From the NCBI GenBank assembly GCA_002189035.1, contig NEEC01000027.1, forward strand, positions 124,001 to 188,000: 64,000 bases of DNA, given 5' to 3'. This document shows, piece by piece, positions 12,291 through 23,694 of the stretch. Made by a program: the position numbers and the translations under genes. The first letter of the stretch is position 1. Every line of letters begins with the position of its first letter. The notes below the pieces were generated by a model. It ran no database searches and had not been told where the DNA came from. It saw nothing but the letters and a program-made list of their open reading frames with translations. Source of the stretch: Utricularia gibba. Its lineage: Eukaryota > Plantae > Magnoliophyta.

Positions 12291-13407
12291 ATGGCGATGC
12301 CAATTCCCTCGATATTCCCTCGCGGAAGATTGGGGTTTTTTTTCTCTTCGACTAATCTGCGGCCTTCCGTCAGTACTCCGTTTTCGTTCATTAGAGTGGA
12401 TCTAACTTCGGCGAAATGTAGGGAGAATGGTGCTAGTGGTTCGCAGGAAGTTATCTGGGGAATGGTTGAGGAACTCCTTAATAAAGAAGAGAACAAAGGG
12501 CTGCTGGCTGGTCTGGAGCAAGCCTCTCAGAGGGTCGAAATCGCCAAGAGGGAGCTTGTTCAGATTCAGCAGCAAGAGACTGAGGCCAGATTGGTCCGCG
12601 AATATGTCGCCAAACTCGAGTCAAGGGCTGCTGAGGTACCTACAAATTCAATTCCGTCTAGGGGAATCCCCATGATTTTGTGAATTCCGTATGCTGGATT
12701 TAGGCCTGTGATTTGAAGGGTTTTGCGTATTTTGTCCTTTTTTTATTTTGAGGACTCGATTTCGTCGATGAATTAAAGGGGTCATCGTTGTATTGGTCAT
12801 AGATAGAAGAATGCCAAAGAGAATTATCTGAGGCAAAAGCTATGCTGGAAGAGGCAGAGGTATCGTTGAAGGAAAATGCAACACTGGGTAAAGATGCAGA
12901 GAGATTGGAGTCCGTTAAAGCTGCTTCAGTGAGCGGTGTTGTTGGCGCTCTTGCTCAACTTCCCTTTTCACTAGCTCAAGTTTCCACCACTTCCGACTTG
13001 ATACTTCCCCTTGCTGTAGCTTTTGTGACGTGTGCACTCTTTGGGGTAACTTACAGATATGTAGTCCGAAGGGAGCTTGATAATACTCAATTGAAACTAG
13101 GAACCGCCGCAGCTTTTGGCTTTACGAAAGGTACCCTTGAAAGACCTTGTTACTTAGACATACTGATTCAAAGCGGCATCTAAAGCTCCCTAGAAATCAT
13201 CTTAATCTCTGTGCTCCCCATTTTACAGGTTTGGGAATGCTGGAAGCTGGTGAGCCGCTGGAGTTGGAACCCAGCAGCATCTTATCCCACGGCTTTGAGG
13301 GATTATTCCATGTTTCAGAATGCCTTGCTGTTTTCCTCTTCGCTGGAGTAGCTCTTGATCTGTGCATCAAGTTGAGACTGATAGATTCATTCCCAGGGAA
13401 CAAGTAG
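12291..13407 (+). CDS. At4g24090-like conserved membrane protein with predicted plastid transit peptide, 3 exons
   Basis: Exons about 12291-12635, 12801-13129 and 13229-13407. Ser/Phe/Arg-rich N-terminus, a coiled coil, then ERLESVKAASVSG..G and CALFGVTYRYVVRRELDNTQLKLG..AAFG. Confidence 0.75.
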
Positions 13408-13755
13408 CAGATCATTTGTTCGAACTCGGAAAGAAGTTATCTGAACCCACTAATGTCATGATTAAGATCAGGAACTATGTTTTTTACCACCTAATTGTGA
13501 GTTTGTGGGTTTTCAGTGGATTAAAGTAATCATCCCCAGTCCCAGAGCTGTATAGTTCTCCCGTGGGGGCTTGGCCTCCGTAGTCTGTGCAAGGAATCAA
13601 AAGATATTCGATTGTACCGGTGCTTGAATCACTATTCATGGATTATAACTTGGGGCTCTGGAATCTGAGTAACCTCGGCATTGGCATTGCTTCTTCTCCA
13701 TTTCTCACCGCCTCCTAAAACTCGCAAGTTCATCACACAAATCTATGGGAGTGGG

Positions 13756-13833
13756 CACTCAACGGCTATTTCTAACCCTTGAGACAAGATCCTGATCCTG
13801 GTTATCCTCATCACCTTGCTCACTCAACGGCTA
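13756..13833 (+). promoter_or_regulatory. Duplicated 13-mer CACTCAACGGCTA containing MSA-like (MYB3R) core
   Basis: Identical copies at 13756-13768 and 13821-13833; CTCAACGGCT resembles the YCYAACGGYY consensus. Confidence 0.45.
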
Positions 13834-13945
13834 ATTAATAGAAGAGGCACGCCTTTCTGCAGCTAGTGGCAAAACACGTCACCTTGTTACTCGGATATGA
13901 TATTAGGTAGCACCAATAAAGGCACAGGAGCCTGATCTTTTTCTT

Positions 13946-15092
13946 ATGCGGCCCCCGCAAAAAGGTGAAGAGACGAAAAAGCGAGCAGCATACATATCTC
14001 TTTGCTGCATAAGCATTCCTGGTATTTTTGCTCCGATTATCGGAACTGTAGGCCGAAGAAAACACCGAGAAGTTGCATATGATGATGAGCCCAGGAAGGA
14101 GCGACCCGGCGAAACTATTTGGTGGGTGGGTTTCCTTTATTGCTGGTTCATTTCCTTTTCTTGATCGGAATTCTCTTCATCTTCCCATCGATAGGCTTGT
14201 TGTTTCGTGGCTAATTTTGCGGCTAGTAAGTGGGCATGTTTGTTCTTAGCTCTGGACTTCAAGTGTTGATTGGAAGTTGCTAATTTTTCTTCAGATCTTT
14301 CGGTGTGCGGGGCAAAGAAACATTTTTGCGGTGGTTCTGAATTCTTGTTCGTATTTTTGTCGTTATGATCTGATTCTTGTAATCTGGAGCAGGTTTACAG
14401 AAGAAAAGAAGGCAGCAAGAAGAGCCAATTGGAATCCCTTGGTCGAAGTACCTCTGCCGCTGCGAAATCAAGAATCGTGATTTTTCGCTAGCCCCTTTTC
14501 CCCAAATCTCCCAATCTCCTCAAGAATCAGCCGAAGGTTGCAGCAGCAGCAGCAGCAGCAGCAATTTCAAGGGAAACAGTGCAATAGAAGATTGCCCTGT
14601 TACTCCATCGTCTGGTTGGGGGATATCCAGTCCTGTTCAACAGATGAGCAAGTTGGTTCCTCTGATGATCCGCACATGAACTGCCAAGATGAATTGAGTG
14701 AAGATTTTGCCACACCCAAGGACTTCTCCTCTCTTGAGCCGATCCCTTCATTCGGTAGTTGGGAAATCCAGTCCTCTTCATTGGGTGAAGAGCTGGATTG
14801 CATGAACTCCGACGAGGAATGCGGATGGCCAGGCTTGGAACATTACAGCAGCAAGGCGCTTGAAAACGATGAGTTGAGGAGTCTCATGTACAAGTATGGT
14901 GGGGTTGGTAAGATGGATCTGATCCATTCTTGTGAACAGACCAGAGGTTGGTGTTTCATCAAATATCGTCCCCTCTCCCTTCTCATTGATGATGTTTGTT
15001 GTTTCGACCGTTTGCTCAGATTGGACAAGGAAGGCAAGGCATTAACAATCGATGTAGAGTTTGAGCAGTACTTCTCAATGCTGATGATGTAG
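13946..15092 (+). CDS. Orphan locus with C-terminal RRM-like segment; gene model unresolved
   Basis: Donor near 14121 and acceptor near 14393. ORF 14538-15092 contains ENDELRSLMYKYGGVGKMDLI..RGWCFIKY..GKALTIDVEF. Joining it upstream needs either bypassing TGA 14478-14480 or a +1 base at G-run 14618-14622. Confidence 0.4.
14541..14561. repeat. (CAG)7 microsatellite
   Basis: Direct reading. Confidence 0.9.
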
Positions 15093-16310
15093 CCAGCCAT
15101 CTTTTTGTTCCAGTGCTGTAAAAACCACCAATCCATCCCAGCCAGGTAGAGATATAAATGGAAATCCTTCCAAAATAATAACTGCTTGCCGATTGGGGTG
15201 TCATGGTTGTTGGTTTTCATAGAAAATTGTGGAAATCAAAATCAAACTGCATCTATGAATTTATCATTTCGCTAGCCTTTGATTGATTGATTCGTGGTGA
15301 CAAGGGGCACGCTGCTTTGCTGCGCTTTCCGGTGTTATGTAATAAGTTGCATTCAGGGTTAATTTTGACACGTGATACGTGTGGGTGTGGAAGGAAGTTT
15401 CCATTGAACCCGTGGCACACCCTCCCCGTCTCAGGCGCCGACGCTTCTCGATGTTTCCCCCAGATTCGCTCGCTTTGCAGCAGCAGTATATGTGTTTGTG
15501 TGTCGCTCGGCGGATGTGGACACGTTCTCGGGTACGTGTTCAGGTAGGCATTATCATTCATCGGGCACTGCGCACATTCCCGGTATAAATGGACAGCGAA
15601 TTCCAGTAACCGTAAATACGGATTCCAGGGTTGTGAAAAGGAGTCGCCACGGCGCCCCGGTTTGCCGCGCGGAGGTGGAGGAGGGTGTCGTCTTCCTCCT
15701 CGGAATGGAGCGAAGGTAGGTGGTACTGTTGCATACGCGCCAGCCCCTTGGTCTTTTACGGTCGTCATTTTGTCAACTGAATCAAATCAAGCCAGATTTT
15801 GTTTCTACTTGTTGAAGAGTAAGTGATATAATTGGACTGTTGTCGGTGAGCATCTTCTCCTTTGGCAAGATGTTGGTACGACATGAAAAAGTAAAGCTTA
15901 AATCTTTTTTGGTATTGAGTATTTGAGAAGCATCTACAACAGGTTGTATGCCTGTCCTTTTAGGAAGGAACCATCTAGAAGGTAAGGGGAGAAAGCTTCA
16001 TAGATTTTTTATGGTGTGTCTAGAAGCAATGGTAGGTTCTCTCATCACTTGTAAACAAAGACATGCATCTTGGGGGAATTTAAGAAGCTTCCTGAGGGTT
16101 CCTTTTCCAGGATGTTCCTATCCATTTGCGCCTCATTTTCTAGATTCCACCGCGTTCCTGCTGGATCGGACAAACGTTTCTTCAGCTATTTAACTGATCT
16201 GACACACTAAACCACACCCAGTCACTGCTAATGCACATAGCCCCTTACCTTCCGACAGCGCCCAGTTTCTGGTTACTGCGCATTCTTCCACGGCTATCTA
16301 CGGCTGTGCG

Positions 16311-18734
16311 ATGGCTACCGTATCCGAGAATGCGGATTGCGATTCTGGTAAGGCCATGAAGCCGCAGTACGAGTTATTAATGTGGGATACTTTCCGGGGG
16401 CGACGGAGGAGCAACGCCCGTCTCTGGTTTCACCGGCGGCTCTGCGGTTCCCTGAGTCTGAGTATGCAGGGGATTCATGGGAGAGTCTTTGCGCTGGTGG
16501 CTGCGGTTTTGGGTTGGCGATTTCCGGTAAGCCTGGCTGCCTGCTGATGTCCGCTTCTCTTGTTGGGTCTGTTTATCGCAGTTTTCAATTTAATGTTCGC
16601 TGCAGCTTCTGGGAAATTGATGACATGGGGTTCCGCTGATGATCAAGGCCTAAGCTATTTGGCTTCGGGAAAGAATGGGGTAATGTAAACAACGGTCTCT
16701 TTTGCTTTGTCGAGACTCGAGACCTTAGAAAACGTCAGTTTTAGCCGTTAAATTGCTTTTTTTCGCTTTCGAAGGAGATACCTGGCGCATTTCCTCTTCC
16801 TACGACGGGCAAGATTGTGAGCGCCGCGGCTGGGTGGGCACATTGTGTCTCCGCATCAGGTAATCAACTCAGATGATTGAATTTTTTGACAAAATAAAAA
16901 GGAGGGGGATGTATGCTAATCCGAAGAGTGATTGTATGTCGCAGATAAGGGGGAAGTGTATTCATGGGGCTGGAAAGAGTGTGTCCCAAATGGGATTTCT
17001 GGGCAGAAGGACACCGACGGCGAAGGTTCCGATTCGATGAAATCGTTGCAAACGATCTGTTTCAATTTGATTCCAAAGTGGGGGCTTGTGCATGTCTTAG
17101 AATGTGGCGAACCATATAGTTCAGATTGATTGGAAAATGAGGGCCCTAGAACATCTATAAGAAAGCTGCCTGCTTCTTCGCTCGATCTCGATATACTTTT
17201 TTCTCCTCTTCAGGGGGAGAAGCATCGAAGCGAAGAAAGCTTTCATCTGAAAAAGGAAATGATGACCCACTGAATACTGAAGAGTCCCCCTTTTCACCAA
17301 CGTGTGTTGTCAACCTGGACGTTGGCGTTAAGATCAACTTAGTTTCGGCTGGGGGGCGACATACACTCGCTTTGTCAGGTACTAGACGGTTGATGCTATG
17401 TCTGTTTAAGAGAAAATGCCATCTACATTCATTCATCTGAGGTTTTTTCTTTCTTTCTTCTTGTTTGGTCTGAAATGATTGGATAGAAGATTCAACTCCC
17501 TCAGAAATCCAGGAACCTTGGTGTCTAAAGGAAATCTCTTTACAGATTGAAATATACTCCTCTTTACCTTTTTTTGTGGAAGTGCAGATGCGGGGCAGGT
17601 ATGGGGTTGGGGCTATGGAGGTGAAGGGCAGCTTGGTTTGGGATCTAGGGTAAAAATGGTTTCATCTCCACTTCTGATACCTTGTATTGCCAATTCTACG
17701 GCAATTGCGCATGCGGGGGACAAGCAGATTGGAACGTCTAATTACATAAAGTCTATAGCATGTGGGGGTAGGCACAGCGCGGTGATAACTGGTAAAAAGG
17801 AATAAAAGAAAGAAAGTTCAGTAGGCTGATTAGAGTAGATGATTTATTTGTTGCTATATTCGTTCAAAGATGACGTTTACAACTCTATGTAACAGACACT
17901 GGTGTTCTTCTTACCTTTGGCTGGGGATTATATGGGCAGGTGATTGTTTATATATTTGTTGGCTAACTGTAAGCTCTTGCTCCTGTGGCGCTGAACTCCA
18001 CATTTTTTCAGTGTGGACAAGGTCACAGCGATGATTCTCTAGAACCCAAGTGTGTGCAAACCCTCGGAAACCGTCGAATTAATTCTGTTTCTGCTGGACT
18101 TTGGCATACATTGTGCATTTGCAATGATGGCCATGTATATGTTTTTGGAAGTAACCAGTTTGGGCAGCTGGGGCTGGGAGCATATACCGACCACCTGGAG
18201 GTAACTTTGCTAGGCCAAGTCTAGTCCTTAACTATTACATTTTGTTGTTTGCTTATTCTCCAAATTGTAAATGGTGGGCTTGGGAAACTGTGAATTCATA
18301 GATTGTTCCCAAGCAACTTAATGCTCCATCCCTGCGAGGGAAGAAGGCTGTAATGGCATCCTCTGGAGCTCGACATAGCGCTATTCTCACAGGTACAGAC
18401 TGGTCGCTACTACTCGATTGCGAGTGATGGATGGCTGGAACGCAGTATTCACTACTGTTTTAAGTTTGACAGATGATGGACAAATCTTTTGCTGGGGGTG
18501 GAACAAATACGGACAGGTAATAAAAAGCAGTCCAGTTCGTGAAAATGAAGCCTTTTGATTGACTCTTGAGATATGTATGGTGTTTTATGGGTGGATTTCC
18601 AGCTGGGTGTAGGGGACACAGTCGATAGAAATGTTCCTTACCATGTTCCTGTTCACGGTTCTGTGCCAAAGAATGTGGCTTGTGGTTGGTGGCACACGCT
18701 TGCGCTCTGTGAATCCATACAGTCGGCATGCTAG
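16311..18734 (+). CDS. RCC1-repeat (UVR8-like) protein, about 10 exons; one apparent 1-bp deletion
   Basis: MWGYFPG (needs +1 G at 16384-16386), CAGGCGFGLAIS, GKLMTWGS, AAAGWAHC, SAGGRHTLAL, WGWGYGGEGQLG, ACGGRHS, SAGLWHT and ACGWWHTLAL. Confidence 0.9.
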
Positions 18735-19724
18735 CCGTCTTTGTGTCAGCACGTATCGTGTTAATCTGTGTGCAAAGTTGTGCTGTGTTGTCTGTACGGA
18801 TGGTGGTTTGAATAAACAGGTCCCCCTCCCCCTGTGTGTGGGTGGACCTCAGGTCTTGTTCTTGAACTGTACTGCATCTTTATTGTGCAAGCCAAACATG
18901 ATAAAGAACAGGACCTGGGTGGAGATACACGTTTCACACGATCATCACAATGCTGATGCTGATGGTCTTCGTCAGTCATTCTGATACGTACTGACGAAGC
19001 ATCTGTTGTTATGTAGATGGATAAAAAGCCCCAGAGGAGTTTTGAGATTTTGTAGGGCCAGTGGAAGCTGCTACTGTTTGTGATATTCCGTCTACCTGGT
19101 TGGAAGCTTGCACAACTGGGTAGAACATGTAACGTCCCCAGCAACTTGAGGCAGCAGGGGATTCGTTTCGTCCTCCTTGGGAACAAGGAAGAAGAGCAGA
19201 TGAAGAAGCAATTAAAAAAAATACGGGGGCTTGTGTAAAAAGATTTTCAGGTCACCCACTAATCTATAAAAATTGCAATGCCTGACGTGCAAGTCACAGG
19301 GCTGAACTCCTCCTCCTCCTCCTCCCAGCTGGCATAACATACCATACCGTACCGGTACTCACTCGTTGAAATGCAATGCAGTGCTATCTGTATGTGAATC
19401 TTCTTTCGCAGGCTTTAATTGCAGGGAGGGATCGGGATTCACACGGACGCCGTTATCCGTCAACCAACAATAATTCGCTTCCCCTGTTAACTCCTCCCTC
19501 CCGCCGCCGTCTAAACAGTTAAGTCTTCTGCAGTTGGTCTATCCGTCTACCCAGTTGACCAAGCCGAAGCCGAGGCATGTTCGGTAAGGGCGTTCATCTA
19601 ATTCCGTAGCTGCCCTCGCGCCTTTGGATTCACAGTTTTAACTCCCCCTTTTTTTAATTTCTTTTTTCTCATATATATAATGCAGACGGAGAGCCTGTTG
19701 TATCGGAACCCGGAACTTACTGCC

Positions 19725-21895
19725 ATGGCCTTCTCCGGCTTCCTCCTTCCCGTCATCCTCTTCGGGTGCTTCGCCTTCGGTTCCCCGCCGTGGTAGAGCA
19801 TTCCCTCACTGTGAGTTCACTTTCCCTTTCTGTGTTGAACCCTCTGTTTTTTCCGACAACACTTTTGAACTTTTTCTGAGATTGTGTGTGTGTGTGTGAT
19901 CAGGTGAAAAATCTCACGGTGAATAAGCTGTGCAGAGACCGGGTGATCACCGCCGTGAACGGGAGTCTTCCGGGGCCGACGCTTCGGGTTAAAGAAGGGG
20001 ACACGCTCATCGTGCATGTGCTCAATGCATCGCCTTATAATATTTCCATTCACTGGTATGCGCTTTCAACTGCGGTTACTCTTGCATTGTGTGTGGGCCT
20101 GGTATGATGATGTGGACACTTTTGCATGGTTTATGGGCAGGCATGGCATTTTTCAGCTGTTGAGTGGATGGGCTGATGGGCCGGGATACGTGACGCAGTG
20201 TCCGATCCGTCCCGGGTCCAAGTACACCTACAAGTTCACCATCAAGGGGCAGGAGGGCACCCTGTGGTGGCACGCTCATGTGCAAACTCTGCGCGCCACT
20301 GTCTACGGCGCCCTCATCATCCGCCCCTCATCCGGCCGCTCCTATCCGTTTCCTCACCCCGCCGTGAAGTTCCGATTATCCTCGGTAACGTCACTTCGAG
20401 TCTTGTGAAATTTACTGGTCAAGTTTTGAATGGGGCTCTGTTGCAGGGGAATGGTGGAACGCGAATGTGGTGGATGTGGAGAATCAAGCCCTGGCAACAG
20501 GCGCCGCACCCAACCTTTCGGATGCTTTCACCATCAATGGCCGCCCGGAGATCTTTACCCGTGTTCTTCGGATGGTAATTTCCGTTCAGTCTCCCTGCAA
20601 TTGGTTTCCCTAATCTCGGATCTCGGTTCTGGAACTTGCAATTTTGTGTTGGTTGCAGACACGTTTAATATGAGGGTGCTGATCGGAGAAACCTATCTTC
20701 TCCGAATAATCAACGCTGCACTCAACCACCAACTCTTCTTCACCGTTGCGAACCATCAATTGACCGTCGTTGCGGTTGACGCCGCCTACATCAACCCCTA
20801 CACCACCACCGTCATAACCCTTGCTCCGGGTCAAACCGTCGATGCCCTGCTCACCGCCGATCAAATTCCCGGCCGATACTACATGGCGGCCCGCGCCTAC
20901 GCCAGCGCCCCAGGGTCCCATTTGCCAACACCACCACTACCGGAATCGTGACCTACGTGGGCTTCTCATGGTCGCCGCCTCTTCTCCCCGTACTCCCTGC
21001 GTTCAACGACACGGAGACGGCGAATAGATTCTACACTAATATTACTGGTTTAGTCACCAGCCCGTTTTGGGTCCCGGTGCCCCGGAAAATCGACGAGCAC
21101 ATGTTTATCACCGTGGGTCTGGGCTGATCCCCTGCGGCGGTAACCGGGGAAACTCGTGCGCAGGTCTGTTGGGGCAACGATTCGCTGCGTCGATGAACAA
21201 TGCTTCGTTCCAGTTGCCGAATAGAATCTCGATGCTGGAGGCTTTCTTCAGAAACGAAGGAGGCGTTTACACTTCCGACTTTCCGAATGATCCTCCGGTT
21301 CAATTCGATTACACTAACCCGAACAACAGCTTGAACCAGGCTCTGCTCTTCACTTCCAAATCCACTAAGGTCAGTCATGGTTGATTGGTATTTCCTTGTT
21401 CTACGGTGTGTCGAAACCGGGTCGACGGTTTTCTACAGGTGGTGAAGGTGAAGTTCGGCGCAACGATTCAGATCGTGATGCAGAACACAGCCTTGGTCGG
21501 GGTGGAGAATCATCCCATTCACATACACGGATTCAATTTCCATGTTATGGCGCAAGGTTTTGGGAACTACGACGCGGCGGTTGACCCCGGAAGTTCAACT
21601 TCCTCAACCCACAGATGCGGAACACCATAGCGGTTCCAGTGGGCGGCTGGGCCGTGGTCAGATTCACGGCCAACAATCCCGGTGAGCCGCTGTATTCCAT
21701 TTCATTCCATTCCGCCTGAAAACATTGGGTGACTGAGTTGGTGTTTGGAAATCGGTTTCAGGCGTGTGGTTCATGCATTGCCATTTGGACGTGCACTTGG
21801 CCTGGGGACTGGCCACGGCCTTCGCGGTGGAAAATGGGCCGACGGCGTCAACGACGTTACCGCCGCCGCCGCCGGATTTCCCCAAGTGCTATTAG
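19725..21895 (+). CDS. LAC: Laccase (LAC7-like multicopper oxidase); six apparent 1-bp deletions
   Basis: Signal peptide and all four Cu motifs (HWHG split by an intron, [24 protein letters not shown]); ends PPDFPKCY*. Frame switches at 19783-6, 20357-60, 20544-6, 20913-5, 21121-3 and 21585-90. No nonsense codon remains once these are corrected. Confidence 0.9.
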
Positions 21896-22197
21896 GGATT
21901 TTGGTCCATTCTTTGTCGTTTCCTAATTCGTATACAGCAACCACACGATTGGATTTGAATTGACAATAATCTGTTTTTTCGCAATCATTAGCTTGTTGAA
22001 TATTTATTTATTTAATAAGGGGTAGGGGCCGGGGCCAACGGCTAACCTGTACGGCACGTATGGCAATGCCGTTGAACAAATAATGCTACTTGATCATTTT
22101 TATGACCTGATAAGTGGGTCCCAAATCTGCCAAAGCTTCCTTCTTCTTCTACTCCCACCCGTACAAATCCCTCCAAAGTCCAAAATCACCGCCGCCC

Positions 22198-23250
22198 ATG
22201 CCTGCGGCAACGCCTGCAACGGCACCGCCCCCATTTCTCTTCTTCAGCCACCTGTAGGGTTCTGCGTCGTATGGCCGTGGCCGTGGAGGCGGAGTCTAGG
22301 AAGGAGAGTAGCTACAAGAATCAAGCCCTCACCGCCTGGATATGGCCGTCGCGAGCATCTCAATGGCTTGTTGTAACCAGATAGCTTCGCTGGGATCTCT
22401 AACCTCATGGATCAGAAGAAGCTCGATGCCGTGTCCGATGAGGTTCGCTTCGAATTCTCAAATGTAAATTAGGTATTTTCCAATTGCTTGAAATCAAGCG
22501 GCAGAAACGGAATCATCGCCTCTTAGGAAGAGAATGTACCCGTGGTGTTGGATGAAAGCTACTCCGGTAACTATATCGTCGTTTTCGACCGAATCCTCCA
22601 ACATCGACGCCGCATTTTCGGCATCTACAGTCCAATCGAGGCAACGGTACAATTTCCACTTGCCTTGCGCCTTGGCACTTCGCGTCCTCACGTTTTCAGC
22701 CAGGGAGCAGCCTGCTGGTGGCAGGCTACTTTATGTACTCGAGTTCTGTGATCCTCGTGGTCACATTGGGAACAGGTGTCTAGGTCTTCACATCGGATCC
22801 CCTGTCGGGGGAATTCGTTCATACATAGGAGAAGATTCAGATCCATAAATCCAGGAAGATATACGCTTTCAACGAAGGGTATTACCAGCTGTGGGACGAT
22901 GAGCTAAAGAAGTGCATTGATGATCTCAATGACCCTGGTCCTACTCTGCTAGAAACATGGGGGGTCTGGTGGGAGATTTCCCAAAAACCCTGCTGTGCGA
23001 TGGTGGAATCTGTGGGTACCCCAGGGCGGGGAAGAGCGCAAAAATGAGAAGCTTATGCTGCTGTACGAATGTGGAGCAAGCAGGTGGAAAGGATCAGAGG
23101 GTTCTCACAGAGCACTGAGGGAATGTGTTGCTCTAAGTCGAAATCCAGGCGTGTAGATAGAATACCAGATGCAAGCATCGAAGTGTCGAGACTGTGAGTG
23201 CTGAAGTGCAGCTCTTCATGGGCAGCGTGGAAGAGGTGGAGAGGCAGCTT
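22198..23250 (+). pseudogene. CFBP1: Chloroplast fructose-1,6-bisphosphatase (CFBP1/HCEF1) pseudogene
   Basis: Colinear remnants: MAVAV, SISMAC, GISNL, DQKKLDAVSDE, VFSNCLKSSGRNGIIAS*EENVPV..ESYSGNYIVVFD, SSNIDA, IFGIYSP, AGYFMYSSSV, KIYAFNEGYYQLWDD, YSAR..GLVGDF, LLYEC, EQAGGKG, QRVL, LFMGSVEEVE. In-frame TAG at 22524, 22781 and 22826; many multi-codon deletions. Confidence 0.92.
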
Positions 23251-23670
23251 TGTCGAGGTTGTGGATGGATGGATGGCTGGCTGCGGATCGGTTTACATCA
23301 CTGCAAATGGAGAGCAGCTGGTAGGCGGGCATGGGCGAGCTGGTGGTAGAAGAAAGCCACAGAGTCGATGAGAACACCACAAACATACACACACGCATTA
23401 GGAGGAGTAATGAACGAAGGGTACAGTGGAAAAAAATCCCCCAAACAATGAATGTGCTTTGGTTGCTCTTAACAGGACTCATGAAAAAAACAATTTAATT
23501 TTACAAGGGAAAAGTTGTTGGAAGGGGGGGAGTGGGTGAATTCTATATAATCTGGGCGTTTGGCCTCTGGGTAATAACAAACTGGCTGCTGCAGTAATAA
23601 TTGAAATTGTAAGCATTGACGGACGGGCGGGCGAGCGGGACACCCCGGAAGCGGGGAATTCATCTCGTCC

Positions 23671-23694
23671 TCTCTCTCTCTCTCTCTCTCTCTC
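23671..23694. repeat. (TC)12 / GAGA tract upstream of the capping enzyme gene
   Basis: Direct reading. Confidence 0.9.

Noticed and set aside
22534-22848. 104-aa and 69-aa ORFs at 22.5 kb as novel small proteins
   Set aside because: They are frame fragments of the FBPase pseudogene.
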